Positions 36,382 to 49,247 of a stretch of 64,000 nucleotides of DNA are shown here, piece after piece. Positions within the stretch are counted from its first letter, which is position 1, and each line of letters opens with the position of its first letter. This DNA comes from Hypanus sabinus (taxonomy: Eukaryota), in contig NC_082715.1 in assembly GCF_030144855.1 (NCBI RefSeq), forward strand, positions 101,866,001-101,930,000, written 5' to 3'. The position numbers and the translations under genes are program-made. The notes beneath the pieces were generated by a model that was not told where the DNA came from, ran no database searches, and was given only the letters and a program-made list of their open reading frames with translations.

Positions 36382-39300
36382 CAGTGGCGTATCTAAGGTA
36401 TGGCAGGTATGGCACGTGCCCTGGGCACCACTTGAAGGGGGGCACCACTGAGCAGTTTCTATTAAAGTCAGACAAGCCATCCTCAGATAGTGAAAAGAGA
36501 ATTTTCTTCAGCTGTATGATCTGTCTTTGATTATCATGGGTGAGAAGCACTAGGATGGCCTTATTTCAGAGCATTGAGTAAGAAGACCATGAAACATTTC
36601 TTCAGGAAGTAGAAGGAAAGTGGAGTTGAAGGATGGAAGAGATGAAAGTTGGAGGCAGAGGAAGCCAAGAAGTTGAGCAAGTTCTTCATGCCCTTCTTTG
36701 GAAAGCCCAGAACAATTAGTTTTACACGTTCCATGGAGTCGCCTGCACCTGCTACGAGTTTATTAGAATCCGAAGGTGGGTCAAGTCAAATGTGTCACAA
36801 GCCGAGGAGGAAGTCAAGTCAGATAAATCCGAGTATGATGAGATTAAGAGTGAGGCTGCCACTAAGAACGTGGACATGACAGGAGGGGAAGACGATGGTG
36901 GTGTTGAGTTATTGACGAGATTTTACTTGACAAGATTGAACCTGATGACACTGAACCTAGTGAACTGGATGGTGTCAAAGAGCCTCGAACTGTCACACCA
37001 GCAGTGATTGAACAGCATGATATTGGACTTCTGAAGTTCGACAAGGATTCTGGAAAAGCAATACTGCCTGACGTGTTGAGAACAGAAATAATAAAGCTGG
37101 GTTTGAAGTATTTCCAGAACAATGAGGGGCCTTTCCTACCAACAAATAACCACTCAATGAACAAAACTTGGTTCAAGAGGAAATTGGGAAATGGTCGTGA
37201 TGAGGAAGTGACTCGTTCATGGCTGGTCTATTCCCCTTCTAAAAAGTCTGCATACTGTATCTGTTGTCTTCTCTATTCCCAGTCAGACCATCAATCCTCA
37301 TAGGAGGAGGAAAGTGGATTCAACCAGTGGAAAGCACCTGAAAGGATTAGTGTTTATGAAAATGCTAAGAATCATTGGGAATGCTTCACACAGTGGAAAG
37401 AAATGAAAAGAAATTTAGCTGGAAACAGAGGAGTTATTGACGCGGTATTTCAGTCACAGATTGAGAAGGAAAAGCAGAAGTGACGTGATATCTTGACGAG
37501 AATCCTTCACTGCATAAAATTCCTTGCGACTCAGAACCTGGCTTTGCAAAGACACAAGGAGTCACTTCAGCTAGACGATGACTCCAATGTGGGAAATTTC
37601 CTTGGCTTAGTGAAACTACTGGCCATCTTTGATCTTGTCATAAAAGAACACCTCACTCATTTGGAAAGCCATCCTGGATCCACATCTTATCTTTCACTGG
37701 GTGTCAAGAATAAATTCATCCACATGATGGCATCCACTGTTTGCCAGAGTTTACTGAGCAGTATTCGTAAAACCAAGTATTATGGTCTCATGTTCGACTT
37801 GACTCATGATCAGGCACACCGTGAGCAGATGTCAGGCGTAGTGAGGTATGTGTACGTTGCTTCTGAGAGGAAAACAGTCTGTGTTAGAGAATCCTTCCTT
37901 GGTTTTATCCAGATAAGCCAGAAGGATGCTAAGAGCTTGTCTGAAGACATCTTGAAACGACTAGAGAAGGACGAAATGAAGCTACAAGATTGTCAGTCAC
38001 GGTACTATGACAACACTGCTGTAATGGCTGGACACAGAAGTGGTGTTCATCAAAGAATGTGAAAAAAACAACCTGGCAGTGTTTGTGAATTGCAAAAATC
38101 ACTCACTCCACTTGGTGGGTGTACATGCAGCCAAGCAGGACACAATGATGGTCACGTATTTTGGAACCATCGACTTTCTCTAGGTGTTTTTCTTTCATTC
38201 AACACGGTGCTGGGAAAAACTCAAAAACATCGTGCCTACGGTTGGTAAGTCCAAGTTCAAAACCAGGTGGAGAGCAAGGACAGAAGCAGTGAAGCCCATC
38301 AACAAGTACCTTGAGGTGATACCTCAAGTTCTCCAGGACATGATAGATAATGAAAACGAGACCAGTGAAACAAGAAATGAGGCAAGGCAGTTGTACAACC
38401 ACATGTTGAGTTACGATTTACTGATTTTGCTAGGAATTTGGAACAAAGTACTCATTCACATTGACCATATTCAAAAGAGGCTGACGGATCCTAGCATGAA
38501 CTTCCATGATGCTGCCCTGGATTTGAAAGCCCTCCAAGCTCATTTTTATGATGAAAGAGAAGTGTTGGTCTCTGTTGAGATTGGAATATTGAAGTTGAAA
38601 GACATCAGAGACTAAAGAAATGAATGACTGATGAGAACTCGAGAGATGCTGGATTAACAGCTAAGAAGGAAATGGAAAGAGCCGTGAAGGGAATATTTGA
38701 CCGTCTTCACAGAGAAATGGACGAAAGGTTCACTCATTTGAATGATACTGATGCCAAGTTTGGGTTCCTTCTCGATGTCGAGGGATTGTGTTACGGTACC
38801 GGCAGTGACAACCTAAAGAAGAAATGCAAAAATTTGGGCGAATTGTACAGCTCTGATGTTGATGGACAGCAGCTATATGAAGAAATTTTGGATTGCAGAA
38901 TGTTGCTATCAAAGTGGGTTAACATGAAAATATCAAGACCCGAAGAGCTTCTTGTATTTATTGTTCAGTATGGAGATGAGAGCGTCTTCCCCAATCTTCG
39001 CATTACTATTCAGATAATGCTAAGCATCGCAGTTTCCATCGGCAGCTGTGAGAGATCATTCAGCAAGTTAAAACTAATACTTTCGTATCTGAGAGCCTCC
39101 ATGGGTCAAGGCAGACTCTGTGATCTTGCTCTGCTGAGTGTAGAAAGAGAAGAAACTGAAAAAACTGACTTTGATCACATCATCGACCGATTTGCATCAG
39201 TGAAAGCAAGGAAGGTGCAGTTATAATTTTCATGTAGTGCCATAATTTGTTAATTAAAAGATTAATGAGCTTGACTTGTATTTTTGAGCTGATATTATGG

Positions 39301-39391
39301 TAAAGTTATCTAAAAGATGGGTGTCAGATGTTTGGGCAGGGCGCAATTTCAGTGTTTGCCATAGGCACTATTTTCCGTAGATACACCCCTG
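36382..39391 (+). mobile_element. Full-length decayed hAT DNA transposon (Tip100/ZMYM1-like transposase)
   Basis: TIRs CAGTGGCGTATCTA / TAGATACACCCCTG; degenerate 8-bp TSD catgggct / ctcgggct. ORF fragments 36589-39226 include a TTF-type zinc finger (RSWLVYS..AYCICCLL) and the hAT dimerisation motif (CERSFSKLKLI). Several stops and frameshifts. Confidence 0.93.
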
Positions 39392-40404
39392 CTCGGGCTG
39401 CCTGCTTACTGGATTTAGTGATTCTCAGTCCCATCTTCCTGCATTTGGGGACAGAAAGGAGTGCAGGAGCAGTTCTGTTGTTGGACAAAGGAGAGGCGAT
39501 TGGAGATGGTCCAGGTGTTTGGGGAAGAAAAGGGAGGAGACGGGCACAAGACACTGTTGAAGCAAAGGGGCTGGTATAGAGGGAAGAGATCAGATTGCTA
39601 CCTTGGAATGAGGTTTGGCAGTCAGGCTGGATTTTGGGAGCTGTGTGGAGAGGAAAGCTGAATGCAGATCAAACCTGCCTATTTTAACAGGAGAATATTC
39701 AAAGTACATCTTATCAAAGTATGTATGCAATATACAACCCCGAGATTTGTCTTCCCACAGAGAGTCACGAAATGAAGAAAACCGTGAAATCTGTTCAAAG
39801 AAAAGAATCAAATCCTCAATGCACAAATAAAAGAACAAATCACGTAAACAGCAAAAAAAAAGCATAAAACACCAAACTGCGAAGTTATCAAAAGAGTCCA
39901 GCTCAATTCAGCTTAACCTAGTGCTGCGTCTTCATTATTCTGCTGGCCACAGAACCAGTTAGCCCTAAGCAAAATTGCTCAAGGATAGCAACAAGAAAGG
40001 AGTGACCGAAACCAGAAACACATCATAATGTGAATTAGTGTTCAATCCTCAAACTGCATCGAGTAAACCTTGCCCAAGACGCCAGCAGCATCGAGCAAGA
40101 GGGAGAGAGAGAATGCTGATCCAGATAAAGAGTAGGAATAGTGACACTACAGATGAGAGATAGGATTGGAAATTACTAGGTCACAGTTGACCATAGCTTA
40201 GGGGTTCAGGGATGGACTAGAGAAACTAGAGTGATAGTGTTTTTCAGAGTGTCATTTTAGTACCAGGGATAGATGGCCTGAAGAATTTGATGAATGTTGT
40301 ACCCACCATATTCTCTTGAGAGTGCCAAGTGACAGGCAGCTTTGGAAAATGTGGTCCCAGTGCCCCAAAAATGGCATTGTTTGATGTCATTTTGTCACAA
40401 AATT

Positions 40405-41000
40405 AGGATCAAGTTTATTATCTCTGATTTATATCTTAAAATTTGTTGTCTTGCAGCAGCAGTACAGCTTAAAACATAAAATTATGATAAATTACAAAAT
40501 GAATAAATAGTGCAAATAATGAGTAAGAAGGTAATGTTAATTGGTTCATCAAAACTCTGATGGTGGAGGAAAAGAAGCTGTTCCTAAATTATTGAGTATG
40601 GGTCTTCAGGCTCCTACAACCTTTCCTGGATGGCAGTAATGAAAAGAGATCATGAGCCAGATGGTGAAGATCTTAGTAATGGATGTTGACTTCTTGCAGC
40701 ACTGCCTCTTGAAGATGTCCACGATGGTTGGGGAGGCTTGTACCTGTAGTGAAGCTGGCTGAGTTTATACACCCTGTAGCCTCTTGCAATCCAGTGCATT
40801 GGAGTCTCCATAGCCGCTGTGATGCAATCTATCAGAACATTCTCTCTCGTACATCTGTAAAATTTTGCAAGTTTCTTTGATGACATACCAAATCTCCTCA
40901 AACTCCAAAACAATTAGAGCCAATGGTGTGGGATAAATCCTCCAAGGGGCTGACACCCAGGAATTTAAAGCTGCTCACCATTTCCAAAATGAGGACAGGT
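40405..41000 (-). mobile_element. Rex1-like 3' fragment
   Basis: SLRRFGMSSKKLAKFYRCTRENVL. Confidence 0.8.
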
Positions 41001-42524
41001 GTGTGTCCTCTGATACAATCCCTAATAGTGAAATCATATTGGGGTTACAAGGGTGACATAACTCTGAAATGATCAAGTCCAATTTCATGAGGGGCATGAT
41101 TTGATCCAAGTTTCATTTACACTAACTTGCCACCGTAATGTAGAGGCTAGAGCAAGATACAGCTGGGGGGGCAGGGGTTGGAGTTTGGTATTCAATTAGG
41201 AGTTAGGAGTTAGTACATTCTCCCCGTTACCACATGGGTTTCCTCCGGGCACTGGTTTCCTTCCACAGTCCAAAGACATACCAATTAGAAGGTGAATTGG
41301 TCATTGGAAATTGTTCTGTGATTGGGTTAGGGTTAACTAGGTGGGTCGCTGGGCAGTGTGGTTCGTTGGGCCAGAAGGGCCTGTTCCACATTGTTAATTT
41401 ATAAAATTAAATAAATCAATCTTCAGTCACAGAGATCTGAAAAGAAAGCACCATGCAAAAGAATTTCTAGGCACGTGTGTGATGGTATTTTCATCATGAC
41501 CTCACTGCTCGGGTATGTCTTGAAAATTATGAAGACTATATATGGCCTAAACACCCAAGAGTTTATTAGTGCTAGAGAGGGAGGCAGTGTACACTGAAAA
41601 TACTTCAGAATCTTGCAACTGAAACTCTGTCTTTATTGACAATAAACTGCTTTTCATCTCAAAGCCAACTATCTTCAATGCTTTTAATGGTATCTTGGAC
41701 TAGCAGGAGTTTAAAATCTAGCCAAAATTAGACAGAATTCCTGCTGAAGTATGAAAACATATCAGGAAAATATTTCTCCAAGGAATTCATGATTTTGTCT
41801 CACTCATCTGGGAAATGAAGAAAATGCCAGGAATTCCCAGAATCAGTTTAGTTGAGGCCACCTTTAAAACAAAGGATAGATTTCAACACAGGATATGCAG
41901 TGGGGTCTCTCTGCATGATTTAGCCTTATAGAAAGGAGACAATGATATTATTTCTTCCTAGTTGAATGTAAATGTACAGCATAATTACAGTCAAAGCTCT
42001 CATTTTACAGGATTACTTTTGCTCTGCCCAATTTACTAGTACCATACCACCAACTTTCATGTCAGTTGTGAATCATCCTCCTATACTTACATACATATTG
42101 TTCATATGCATATCAGACAACAATGGTCCCAGCACCAATCCCTGAGGTACTCCAGTGGTTACAGACTAACATTTGCAAAAAGCAATCCTCCCATCACTGA
42201 GATAATTCAGGATCCACTTTGCCAAATAGATCTAGCTCCAACACAATCTTAACTTTTCGATAAGTTTCTCTTGCAGGTTGTCTCCAAAGATCTGACTGAA
42301 GTGACATAAAGTAGAACTAATCCTACAACTCTACCTTCATTTACACATTTAAGTCAACTCCTTGAATAAGTCAGTCATTAGTCAGAGGCAACCTCTCCTT
42401 AAGAAAGCCATGCTGAATATTTCTAAACAATCTGGCTTCACCAGCTGCAGATTAACCCTCAGTTTTTCTTCCAATACTTACTTCTGATGTTAGACCAACC
42501 AGCCTATAATTCCTTCTTCACCCT

Positions 42525-44700
42525 CCTTCTTACTTACTGCCTGATACGCTGCTGGAGTTTAGGGCTGAAATAAAGGTCCTCCTTCTCTGGTGGTGTTCAG
42601 GTCTTCTTTCATCGTGTCAGTGGCTCCCTGTCAGTTTTCACTACTGTCAATTATGCAAGACCCAGGTGGAGATTCAAGAACACCGTCTCACTCAGATGTA
42701 CAAGGGTTCTTCACCACTGTTTCCATAACATACAAACCCCATTTCCAGAAAAGTTAGGGTATTTTCCAAAATGCAATAAAAACAAAAATCTGTGATATGT
42801 TAATTCACATTAACCTTTATTTAACTGAAAAAAAGTACAAAGAAAAGATTTTCAATAGTTTTACTGACCAACTTGATTGTATTTTGTAAATATACACAAA
42901 TTTAGAATTTGATGGCTGCAACACACTCAACAAAAGTTGGGACAGAGGCATGTTTACCATTGTGTTACATCACCTTTCCTTTCAATAACACTTTTTAATC
43001 TTTTTGGAACTGAGGATACTAATTGTAGTAGATTTGCAATTGGAAGTTTTGTCCATTTTTGCGTGATATAAGACTTCAGCTGCTCAACAGTCCATGGTCT
43101 CCGTTGTCTGATTCTCCTCTTCATGATGCGCCATACATTTCCAATAGGAGATAGATCTGGACTGGCAGCAGGCCAGTCAAGCACACGCACTCTGTGTCTA
43201 CAAAGCCATGCTGTTGTAGCCCGTGCAGAATGTGGTCTGGCATTGTCCTGCTGAAATGAACATGGACATCCCAGGAAGAGACATGGCCTTGATGGCAACA
43301 TATGTCTCTCTAAAATCTTAATATACGCCTCAGAGTCAATGGTACCTTCACGTACATGCAACTCACCCATGCCGTGGGCACTGATGCACCCCCATACCAT
43401 CACAGATGCTGGCTTTTGCACCTTTCGCTGATAATAACCAGGATGGTTGTTTTCATCTTTGGCACGGAGAACTCGATGCCCATTTTTTTCCGAAAACTAG
43501 CTGAAATGTGGACTCATCTGACCACAGTACACGGTTCCACAGTCTTTCAGTCCATCTGAGATGAGCTCCGGCCCAGAGAACTCACCAACATTTCTGCACA
43601 GATTTGATGTATGGCTTCCTCCTTGCATAATGCAGTTTCGAGTTGCATTTCTGGATGCAGCGATGGACTGTGTTAAGTGACAATGGTTTTCCGAAGTACT
43701 CCCGAGCCCAGGTGGCTATAATTGTCACAGTAGCATGACGGTTTCTTAGGCAGTGCCGCCTGAGGGATCAAAGATCACACGCATTCAACAGTGGTTTCCG
43801 ACCTTGCCCTTTATGCACTGAGATGTCTAGGAATTCTCTGTATCTTTTCACAATATTGTGTACTGTAGATGTTGAAAGACCTAAATTCTCTGCAATCTTG
43901 TGTTGGGAAATGTTCCTTTTGAACTGACTAACAATTCTCTCATGAATTTTGGCACAAAGGGGTGAGCCACGACCCATCCTTGCTTGCAAAGACTGAGCCT
44001 TTGATGGACACTACTTTTATACCCAGTCATGATACCTCACCTGCTACCAATTAGCCTGCTTAACGTGGAGTGTTCCAAACCGGTGTTACTTCAATATTCT
44101 GTGCACTTTTCAATCTTATTTTAACTCTGTCCCAACTTTTGTTGAGTGTGTTGCAACCATCAAATTCTAAACTTCTGTATATTTACAAAATACAATTAAG
44201 TTGGTCAGTAAAACTATTGAAAATCTTTTCTTTGTACTTTTGTCAGTTAAATAAGGGTTCACGTGAATTAACATATCACAGATTTTTGTTTTTATTGCAC
44301 TTTGGAAAATATCCCAACTTTTCTGGAAATGGGGTTTGTGGAAACATAGAAAACCTACACCACAATACAGGCCCTTCAGCCACAAAGTTGTGCCGAACAT
44401 GTCCTTACCTTAGAAATGGCAAGATAGCCCTCTAATTTTCTAAGCTCCATGTACCTATCTAAAAGTCTCTTAAAAGACCAGTTTTGTTTTTCCAGTCAGG
44501 GTTGTTAGCCCTGAGCTGAACCCCCAAACCTGGAGGACATGTGGACCACTCTTAGCTTGGCCTATACCCTTTGACCTCTTTGGCATGTGGCCCAACCAAG
44601 AGCCAAAGCGTAAAGCCCAACTCCAGCCAATATAGCTTTCCGGGTCATTGGGGCACGCAAGCCTCCGAACACAGCAAGACTGTGGCCCTCTTGGAGGTCA
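42525..44700 (-). mobile_element. RTE-5'UTR-type SINE split into ~42525-42730 and ~44480-44700 by a CR1 tail fragment plus the Tc1
   Basis: The right part resembles an RTE 5' UTR (ggcttgcgtgccccaatgac..gagtggtccac; recognised from memory of such elements). A CR1 3' fragment at ~44341-44479 is similar to 9690-9790. Confidence 0.55.
42733..44338 (-). mobile_element. Full-length decayed Tc1 transposon, DD34E type, about 214-bp TIRs
   Basis: TIR CAAACCCCATTTCCAGAAAAGTT at both ends (42733-42947 and 44125-44338); TA / TG flanks. Transposase remnant 43977->42954 (MGRGSPLC..., VMVWGC, QQDNARPH, SPDLSPI[G]NVW with catalytic E->G). Confidence 0.95.
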
Positions 44701-44801
44701 CTCTCCTTCAGACATATGGAATTTTCTTTCCCTTTTTGTTCTCTATGATTTCTTTTCTGAGAAAGGGACACGGTCATGCTGTGTCTGCATGTGTCTGTCA
44801 T

Positions 44802-45140
44802 GGGTTATCCTGGATAAGTGGTACTGTGTTGTAGCATATGCCTCTGTTCCCCAGGAGTTGCTCTAGGACACGCACTGTGGAGCAGTGTATGGCTTTGTTC
44901 CCCCTAGGTGCTCCTCTGGGTCAATAGCACCATGTTGCACTACATGCTTGTGCCCTAGGGTTACTCTGGGACAGTGCACTGTATGCCTCTGTTCCCCAGT
45001 GGTCTCTCTGGGACAGTGTACTGTGTTGTAATGCATTTCCCATGGTGGTTGTCCTAGGTCAATGGCACTGTGGTGCAGTGTATGCTTCTGTCTCCAGAGG
45101 TTACTCTGGGACAGTGCACTGTAACAATGTATGCCTTTTA
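44802..45140 (+). repeat. Degenerate ~41-54-bp minisatellite, about 7 units, followed by C22
   Basis: Recurring ggttactctgggacagtgcactgt...tatgcctctgttccccag. Confidence 0.8.
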
Positions 45141-45399
45141 CCACCCCCCCCCCCCCCCCCCCCCCAGCGGCTGCTCTCCAACAGTGACACACACAAAATG
45201 CTGGGGGAGCTCAGGACTGCTGAAGGGTTTCAGCCTGAAACGTCGACTGTACTTTCTTCCACAGGTGCTGCCTGGCCCGCTAAGTTCCTCCAGCATTTTG
45301 TGTGTTATTCAGATTTCTCTTCTTGTGACCCGAACTGTGTTTAAGTGCACTCTATGTACTTTTAGGGACTCCAGTTTTCTTTGAGACAGTGGCCCCTCG

Positions 45400-45970
45400 T
45401 TGCAGCATCTGCCTGTATCCCCCAGGAGTCGCAACGGGGCAGCGGCGCCAGGCTGCAGTGGCAGTCAGCGTCCCCCAGGGGTCGCGTCGGGCAGGTACTG
45501 GACTGTGAGGGGGTGGGGTGGTAAAGTGTGCGGAGTTTAATCTGCGTAGTTGCAGCCAGAGTTGAAACCAGGAGTTTCTTACAAATCTGTGAGGATTTAT
45601 TTAACGTGCCCCAAAATAAAGAACACCCTTTATGAAGGTAAATTGTATTTGCTTATTTTAACAGAACCTTTTCTCAGCGGGTTGCGTGAAGTCGTCGTTT
45701 TCCAGGTGTGTTCGTGTTTGGGCTTCGCATCGGCTGATTGGCCCGTGCTGTTTTCTCGCTGTCGAGAGCTTCTGTTCCTTTAAGTTTAGTGTGTCGAGAA
45801 ACAGGGTGGGTTGGGACCGAGACCGGTTCGGCGACGAGGTCCTGAACAATTCTGGTCAAAAGAAGCGACTCGGCTCAGCCTGGTTTGGCTGCGCAGCAGG
45901 TAGAGAGTTGGTGGTTCGCTCGTCCTATGGGGATTGTCCACTGATCTCCTGGACACGACCCAGATAGACA
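45400..45970 (+). promoter_or_regulatory. CpG-rich promoter with probable non-coding first exon (donor CAG|gtagag at 45899/45900); probably ANKRD6
   Basis: CpG-dense island, GGGGTGGGG box ~45509, inverted CCAAT (ctgattggc ~45734), candidate donor. The gene identity rests on synteny only; no coding exon seen. Confidence 0.5.
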
Positions 45971-48900
45971 GTGATGACTTGGAGTGGTGATGTTATTAGG
46001 AGATTTGTGCTCTCAGCTGCAAGACTTGGGATTTGCTGAAAGTTCTATGGGCTCTTGATTTATGGCATCCTCGAAATTCATTAAGTTTGTTTTCTTCAGC
46101 TGGTGGTGGTTCAAAGAAAAAAAGAATGCTTTCTCGCAACTGTGGCAACTTCAACAATAAAGTAGCATTGGTAGGTAAAAACAAAATTAAAGTAACATTT
46201 TGTTACTATGATTTTGTAACAAGTAACAAAAATAAGATTTTGGTACAATTATCTGTATGGATTTAAATGTTGCACAGTTACTTGACATCAAATATCTAAA
46301 GATTATAGAGCAGTACACCTCAGATCCAGGCCCTTCTGCCGACCACATTTCCGTGCATCTAGTTCTAATCTCCTCCGTTAAGCCCATATTCCTCTGCCCC
46401 ACCTCTCTATCTGACTACTTAAGTACTTAATTGATAGTATTGTATTTGTCTCAACTATGTGACTAAGTAGCCTCCCTTCCCCATCTGTAAGTTCACCACC
46501 TGCAAGTGAAAAAATAGATCTTAAATCTTTCCCCTCTCACCCTAAGCCCACATCCCCTAGTTTTGGACTCTCCAACCTGGGGAATGAACCATTACCATCT
46601 ATGCCTCTGATAATTTTAAATATTTCTAGATTGTTGCCCACATTCTCCTAAATTCCACAGAATAAAGAAGTGATTGGCTAACCTCTTTGAACCCTTTCCA
46701 CTTTCACAACTTCTTTCTTATATCAGGATGAATAAAACTGTACACAGTGCACCAAGTGGCATCACCAATGACTTGCACACAATATACTGAGGCTACCAAA
46801 AGTAATTTAGAATTGTTTAACAGTATAAGTTGGGTTTGGAGAGTCCTTTAATATTTAATTAAAGCTTCTCGAAAGTAATCACTTTATTTATGTACACCAA
46901 TACCATACTTCTGTTCACAACAGACCCACATTTAAATTTTGGCATCAGTTTCGTATGGGTTAAATACAATAAATATTGGTTGTAAAAGTGGTGTTGAGTC
47001 AAGCAGAGTAAGTCTTATTAAGTCACGGTAGCATGGCAGTCAGCTGAATGCTGTTAAAGCTCAGGGTGTTGGAATCTGAGTTCTACTCTGCCATCCTCTA
47101 TAAGGAGTTTGTACATCCTTCCCACAGGATGTGTAGATTTCCTCTGTGTGCTCCAGTTTCCTCCCACATTTCAAAGATGTGCCATTAAGTAGGTTAATTG
47201 CTCACTGTAAGTTGTCCTGTCATTAGACTAAGGTTAAACTAGGGGCAGCATGGCTCAAAGGGCTGATTCTGGACTGTACTAACAAATGAATATAGTAAAC
47301 ATAAGGTGACTTGAACCATCAGCAGGTATATGGAGCAGTTTCACATGAAATTTAATTCTCTGTTGAAGATGAAATTGGAAAGTGTATGTGCTTGTGTATG
47401 CCTTTTAAGATGAATGCTTAAAGGAAGTGAGAGAGAATTCCAGGAACTTGGAGTGGTCTCTGCTGAATTAGTGCAGATAAGGTTGAACTATTCAGAGGTA
47501 GCTGCAAGCTGGAAAACAATCTATGATGAATCGATGTGTAAGTTTCAGCGACAAAGTTGTCACAGTGTCCTTTGTTTTCCTGCTGAAATTATGCTAGATG
47601 ATCTGGTGAAGCCTGTGTGAGTTCTGTAACTGTTAATAGAGTTTCTCTGCATCAGATTGGCTTTGGGTTTTCAGAAAATGGGGAGGTGTGTGAAGTGCTG
47701 ATCTGTGGTTGGCATGGGAACAATGGTTCTGGGTATCTAAATTGAATATTTTTGGGAGAAAGAGGCATGTCTTGGATTTTCTTTATTAAACTTCTTTTCG
47801 GCTTTCTGTTGAAATAATGCAGTCCTTGTCTTGGCCTTAGATGGAGAATCCCCGATTCCCGCCCAGAATGGGTGATGTAATTTCAAGTCAAATGCATGAG
47901 AGAACGTGTAGAAAAAAACATGACAAGGGCATTCTCATGAGTGCTGTTAATCCACAGTGAAAGGAAGACCTGACAACCTATTGAGAAGAGTGCTGTAGTA
48001 AAAGAGGGAAACTTTGATGCTAAGGATGTTATTTGGCATCTATGATTTAAATTTCATAAAACCGTATTCATAAAACATATAAGAAATAAAAAGTGTATAG
48101 CTTTTGTTACATTCAGAGTCATCTGTTCTAGTATTAGACTTGGGCACTTTGCTCCAAAATCAATGTTCCCTGTGCACAGACCACTATTGCTACTTGTGGC
48201 CTGCTGGGATGTTATAGACTTCAAGTGTTTTGAGAGGCTTAGGCCTAGGGGTAGAAGGCCCTTTGACTGCAGTCACTGTGTTTTGATTAGGGTTGTAAGA
48301 CAAGGGAAAGGCATTGGACAGAGAAAGCATGTAAAGAGTTTACAATAATATTCGTATTTCTAAAGAACGCATTTTATTGCAGGTGATTTTCACCAGCAAA
48401 AGTTCTTAAGCACACTATTATTAAATTCCTTTCTATTACATGCTGTATTTTGAAGTGAAATTTGATTCTGATTATAATTTGGGTCATGTGACAATATTCA
48501 TTATTTTGATGATTTTTGTGATACAGACAGCCCCCACATTTTCTGCAGTTCGGGTAAAAAAAAATTCTGAAAAACAGAATCAAAATTTGCTCTCACAGAA
48601 ATTATGTGTTGGTTTTTATTTTTATTTTCAGCTCATTTTTTGAATGCGCAGATGACGTGGCTTTGTACCACAGAAAATTGCAAAGCAGGTGGTTTTCCAG
48701 GTGTACCCAGCCCCCTATTTTAATGCAACAGTCACCTGTACTGTTTTAACACACAGTAGTCTAGACGGTCTGTATTTGTAGCCTTGATATGTCTCTGGAT
48801 GTTCTATACTACCTCAAAATAATACTTCATAAATTATGAGCTGATTAGGCTTAACTACATTCTTCTTTATGCTCATTTTTTAAAAATTTAATTTGAGACA

Positions 48901-49247
48901 AGAAACTTTATCTACTATATCAGCACTTTACCTTATGAATTAGTTGACAATTAATGCATTTTCTCCATTCACAGTCGCAGAATGGAGAGTTTTAAGATAG
49001 AGAGGAAAAAATGTTCATACGAAGGATGTTTGGTACACTGTACCAGTGGGAATTCTATCCTGGAATATTTCAAAATCCCGTTAATCTCCACAGCCTTATA
49101 CCATGTCATTCAAATGTTTGTCCAGTTATAATCCTTTAAAGATAGAGTAACTTCATGCTGAATTCCTCTCACAAATCCTTCCATACTTTAGTAGTATAAA
49201 GACAATTTTGATAATCTCCATTTTCTTTGTGAAGGATTACATGGTAT

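Noticed and set aside
36589-39226. Domesticated ZMYM1-like host gene
   Set aside because: Multiple stops and frameshifts, and the ORF is enclosed by TIRs and a TSD: a decayed transposon.
44802-45140. CRISPR-like reading of this array or the one at 32258-32508
   Set aside because: Units are whole degenerate tandem repeats without unique spacers; vertebrate context; no cas genes.
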